From contig JBAYUK010000002.1 in the NCBI GenBank assembly GCA_041675145.1, forward strand, positions 280,530 to 344,529: a DNA stretch of 64,000 nucleotides, given 5' to 3'. Below, piece after piece: positions 60,730-64,000 of the stretch (the stretch's first letter is position 1; each line of letters opens with the position of its first letter). The position numbers were made by a program, and so were the translations under genes. Under the pieces are notes generated by a model. It was not told the origin of the DNA. It did no database searches and saw only the letters and a program-made list of their open reading frames with translations. Origin of the DNA: Patescibacteria group bacterium (GTDB lineage: Bacteria > Patescibacteriota > JACPGU01).

Positions 60730-61104
60730 TTAGAAAATATCCGTGAGTAGCATCGCTCCTACGAGGATGCCGCACAGATCACCTATGAGCGACCCTATCT
60801 CCAAATCAACATTTGTACCTCGCTGGATTCTCTTAACGTCATTGAACGCAAAGCCGATAGCAAGAATGAGGAAGAGAGGTAAGCCAGGCTCTATGTTCAT
60901 CCACGAGAATATCACGGTAGCAAACCAAAACGAAACAAAGCTAGAGAGCAGGCTGCAGAATGTGAATAGCGATACCATTTCAATCCTGCTGTCCGCTTCG
61001 AGATCAAGCGCATTGGCAATTACAGGCAATAGAAGGTAGGAAATTGCCCCTACTGTTGGAGTTATGAATAGGGCAAGAACATGTGCAATGGTTTCGATGA
61101 TCAT
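60730..61104 (-). CDS. Small multi-pass membrane protein
   Basis: About four hydrophobic helices. Confidence 0.65.
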   Translation of the reverse strand: MIIETIAHVLALFITPTVGAISYLLLPVIANALDLEADSRIEMVSLFTFCSLLSSFVSFWFATVIFSWMNIEPGLPLFLILAIGFAFNDVKRIQRGTNVDLEIGSLIGDLCGILVGAMLLTDIF

Positions 61105-61199
61105 GTTATTAGGTTTTATTGCCAGTGCTTGAGGAATATATTTTTTTTGAACGATAAGGCTGTTATATCTTCAGCAGCTAAGTAAAAAATCATATCTCC

Positions 61200-62438
61200 C
61201 TATAGTTGGCTCACTAAGTAGTGTAAATCTAGAATGAAGCCAATTTTACCTCTTCCCGCACTTGGTATACCAAGGATACAGCCCGTGTTGCTGACTGCGA
61301 GACCTCCTGATACTCCGTGATCCATGACTGCATCTGTTTTGAAGTACCTGTTCTTGCCAATAAACTCAAAGCCCGACATTATACCTCGTGTTACCGTGAT
61401 GAGCTCTCCGCCGACAGTTGGATATCCTAATATATTAATTGATTCGCCCAGCTGAATAGAGCATTGAGGCATAGCCTTTGAGCTGATAGAGGCTTCTTCA
61501 AGATCACCAATTGTACCGTTGTATAGTGGCTGATTAGCATTTTCGAAGGGGATGGGGGTCAGCATGGCCAGGTCAGTCTCTGAGTCAATATACTTATAGC
61601 TAAGTGTTCTGAAAAACTTAACCGAGAGGAGGTTTGACGGATCCTTGAAGAGCTCAACAAGGCACCACGATGCGGATCCATCTTCGGTTTCTACGACATG
61701 GAGGTTGGAGAGTATTATAAAGGAGTCACCGCTCTTTACGAGTGTGCCCGATCCTCCCATTTTGCCTCCGCGCTTATTCACTGAGCAGGTAAGCTTTACT
61801 ACGGCACGAGAAGCTTTAGTAACTGTTAGGGGATTAATATTTTGAGTGGGTTGTTGAATCGGCTGGGCGGGGGTAGGCGGGGTTACCGTGGGTTGCGGTG
61901 TGGTGGCGACTGGGGATTGCATGGGTGCGGTAGCGATGATTTTCCAGAATATGCCCATATCCTTCATCCACATAAGTCCATCAACTACAGGCGTAAAGAA
62001 GGCCTTATATTCTCCTTGAGATGCAGGTACTTTGATATAAAACTGAAACCGTGTGTGATATCCAGGAGGGACAACTGCATCGAGCATAGCAGCAGGGCGA
62101 TTTGCCGATGGCCAACTATCGTTTGAGAATTCGGACGAGTAGTCTCTTTGTTGGCTATAGGTGCCGTATTGAGACCCTGATCCGAGCCGCACGGTATTTG
62201 TGCCCGTGTTGTACCATGTGGCAGTACCAGTATTTTTCACCTCGATCCAGACGTTCGTCAGTGAGCCGACAGGTAGCGAAGCAGGGTATGGTGATTGGGT
62301 AATGAGCTGATAATCATAGGCGGGCACCGTAGGTTTCGCAGGAGCTTTTTTCTTGACAACCGCGCTGGCTGAGTTAGGGGCTACTAGGGTAGTAGCGATT
62401 AAGCCAATAACAAGTAAAAGTTTTAGTGAGTTATTCAT
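61200..62438 (-). CDS. Secreted trypsin-like serine protease with an N-terminal NBR1-like Ig domain
   Basis: Signal peptide, Ig domain, Pro-rich linker, GSG, SNLHVV (His), DLAML (Asp), HGVSGG (Ser). Confidence 0.85.
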   Translation of the reverse strand: MNNSLKLLLVIGLIATTLVAPNSASAVVKKKAPAKPTVPAYDYQLITQSPYPASLPVGSLTNVWIEVKNTGTATWYNTGTNTVRLGSGSQYGTYSQQRDYSSEFSNDSWPSANRPAAMLDAVVPPGYHTRFQFYIKVPASQGEYKAFFTPVVDGLMWMKDMGIFWKIIATAPMQSPVATTPQPTVTPPTPAQPIQQPTQNINPLTVTKASRAVVKLTCSVNKRGGKMGGSGTLVKSGDSFIILSNLHVVETEDGSASWCLVELFKDPSNLLSVKFFRTLSYKYIDSETDLAMLTPIPFENANQPLYNGTIGDLEEASISSKAMPQCSIQLGESINILGYPTVGGELITVTRGIMSGFEFIGKNRYFKTDAVMDHGVSGGLAVSNTGCILGIPSAGRGKIGFILDLHYLVSQL

Positions 62439-62764
62439 TAGTCTCCTTTCTGATTAGTATTTTTTGAGTTTTTTTGACCGATCTTGTATCCGACGAACAG
62501 TAAAAGTAAGATTAATAGTATTGCGATTGAAATAAAAAAGGTAAAAGGTGCTTGTGATTGCGATGTATCGGGGATAGCAAGACCTGTAGATGTCGGCGAA
62601 GGGGCTTGCAGTACTTGTTGGGGGTCAGCCTCGGCTGTAAGGTGCTTTAGCTCGCTTTGTGATGGAGAGTAAAGATATTTGGAGCTCTCTATGAAGCGCG
62701 CCGTCGCCTCCTCGTCAGCACCAGTAGGTTTGCTCACATGGTCTTGATCGATTATTACTGCCAT
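62438..62764 (-). CDS. Small protein with a C-terminal TM and basic tail
   Basis: GGAGG SD; TAATG coupling to the protease gene. Confidence 0.7.
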   Translation of the reverse strand: MAVIIDQDHVSKPTGADEEATARFIESSKYLYSPSQSELKHLTAEADPQQVLQAPSPTSTGLAIPDTSQSQAPFTFFISIAILLILLLLFVGYKIGQKNSKNTNQKGD

Positions 62765-62825
62765 ATTTGTCCTCCCAGGCCTAGGCTAATATTAGGGCTG
62801 AATTAGTATTAATGTGTTTTGAAAT

Positions 62826-63073
62826 ACAAAAAACCAACCAAAGTAATACTCGGGTTGGCTATATATCAAATTCAATAAAATAAATATGGATCATTTGCGT
62901 GGTTGGATTTGCTCGTGAAAACACAAAGCTCTTCACGAGTGCGGCTCTTGCGAACCCGTTAACCTTTCGGCTAACGACCAACCACGGAACACTCAGTGAA
63001 GAGTTCTCTATCGTGGTTGGTTTTTTGCCATGAATAGCCATTTAGTGGCTAATTTTAGGCGATAATCAATTGT
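62826..63073 (-). ncRNA. Candidate structured leader/attenuator RNA
   Basis: Four-way junction with GAAA and GCAA tetraloops, repeated CCAACC/GGUUGG switch segments and a U-tailed terminator. Confidence 0.65.
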
Positions 63074-63079
63074 GCGCAT

Positions 63080-63108
63080 ATTATATACTATTGCTATTTT
63101 TTTCACAA
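63080..63108 (-). promoter_or_regulatory. Sigma70 promoter for the leader RNA and protease operon
   Basis: TTGTGA (63108-63103), 17 bp, TATAAT (63085-63080). Confidence 0.7.
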
Positions 63109-63362
63109 ATAATCTCTGGTGCGGGAGAATCGTTTGACTATATGTGGTCAGGGTGATATTTTTTGGGGTGTAAGGAGTCCCTACCTCCTTTTAGTCAACA
63201 TGACACCTTCAACCCCGCCCCCTTCGGAGGTGGTGCGGTACGGGGCTGATGAATTATATAACTAGCAAAACAAAATAGATCAGATATTAGCAATTAATAT
63301 CGGTCAGCTTTTGTTTTGCTTTTTTATTTGCAACTACATGGCAGATCGTAGGGTTATTAACA

Positions 63363-64000
63363 ATGAAAAAAGATATAAAGGTATTATTCTCGGAGTTCAT
63401 CAAAGAGTGCCGTCACGCATCGCGGCTCTCTTCGGAAACAATCAGAGGATACGAGCACGCATTTAAATTGATTCTGAGCCTCTATCCAGACCTCGACTGT
63501 GATTCGGTCACTCCACAGGTCATGACGCGCTTCTTTGAGCATTTAAATACGCGTCAGAGGCTTGTCGGTAGGGGAGATATCCGTACGGGAGTCAGAAAAA
63601 GTACGGTGGCAACATATCGTAGTAAGCTGTATAAGTTTTTTGAGTGGCTCAAAAGGTATGGGCATATCAAGGAGAACCCCTTTCGCCTGATGGAGTATCC
63701 TGATGTGCAGTATGAGGACAGAAAGTACCTGAGTAAGGATGATGTTGAAAAAATCTTTACTACCGTAGCGTTTCATATGGATTGGAAAAATACGTTAGTC
63801 AAGAAGCGCAACATACTCATTTTCCAGCTGCTCCTTAGCTGTGGCTTGCGGAAAGGGGAGTTGTTAGCGCTGAAGCTGCTAGATATCGATTTTGAGCGAA
63901 AGATACTCACCGTACAGGCTGAAACGTCCAAATCGAAGCGTAAGAGGCTGATACCGCTAAACCAGAAGGTGCTCCTAGATCTAAAGGACTATGTAGAGGA
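63363..64000 (+). CDS. Second tyrosine recombinase, 3' truncated by the window edge
   Basis: Manual translation MKKDIKVLFSEFIKEC..TIRGY..FFEWL..GHIKENP..CGLRKGELL.L..DID..SKSKRKRLIPL; absent from the ORF track because there is no stop in the window. Confidence 0.9.
   Translation, partial: MKKDIKVLFSEFIKECRHASRLSSETIRGYEHAFKLILSLYPDLDCDSVTPQVMTRFFEHLNTRQRLVGRGDIRTGVRKSTVATYRSKLYKFFEWLKRYGHIKENPFRLMEYPDVQYEDRKYLSKDDVEKIFTTVAFHMDWKNTLVKKRNILIFQLLLSCGLRKGELLALKLLDIDFERKILTVQAETSKSKRKRLIPLNQKVLLDLKDYVE

Larger units (their letters stand above)
58190..64000. mobile_element. Integrated element (island or prophage-like) at tRNA-Thr; right end beyond the window
   Basis: Split tRNA, adjacent tyrosine recombinase, accessory cargo, second recombinase. 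Confidence 0.75.

Noticed and set aside
62826-63073. T-box riboswitch
   Set aside because: No GGTGGNACCGCG T-box sequence or recognisable stem I, and the downstream genes are not amino-acid related
63246-63280. CTGATGA as a hammerhead ribozyme core
   Set aside because: No stem II followed by GAAA downstream

Overview
Chromosomal segment of a bacterium that looks like a CPR/Patescibacteria member (inferred from gene content, compactness and family mix; standard code with TGA stops). From left to right: the 3' part of a giant surface protein; a dcw cluster (mraZ, rsmH, ftsL, ftsI, murF, mraY, ftsW, murG, murC, ftsQ); recJ, gpmI, PGI/PMI, tRNA-Leu, a sortase and surface proteins. A defence-like island follows at about 30.8-41.5 kb: a type I restriction-modification operon with a DUF4145/HEPN-like gene, a membrane protein gene and an Abi-P2/AbiK-like reverse transcriptase embedded in it, then a zeta-toxin pair and a Cas4-like nuclease. 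Next come a class A PBP, tyrS, argS, a NYN RNase gene with a convergent small antisense RNA candidate, a stand-alone LigD polymerase, a five-dockerin protein, a 6S RNA candidate, rpmB and holB. From about 58.2 kb to the end lies an integrated element at a split tRNA-Thr(GGT); it carries an intact tRNA-Thr, two tyrosine recombinases, a secreted protease and a highly structured attenuator-like leader RNA. The best candidates for new biology are the RT in the hsdS-hsdR slot, the NYN/antisense sRNA pair, the attenuator RNA and the tRNA-replacement integration. All calls come from motif recognition by eye; no searches were run.
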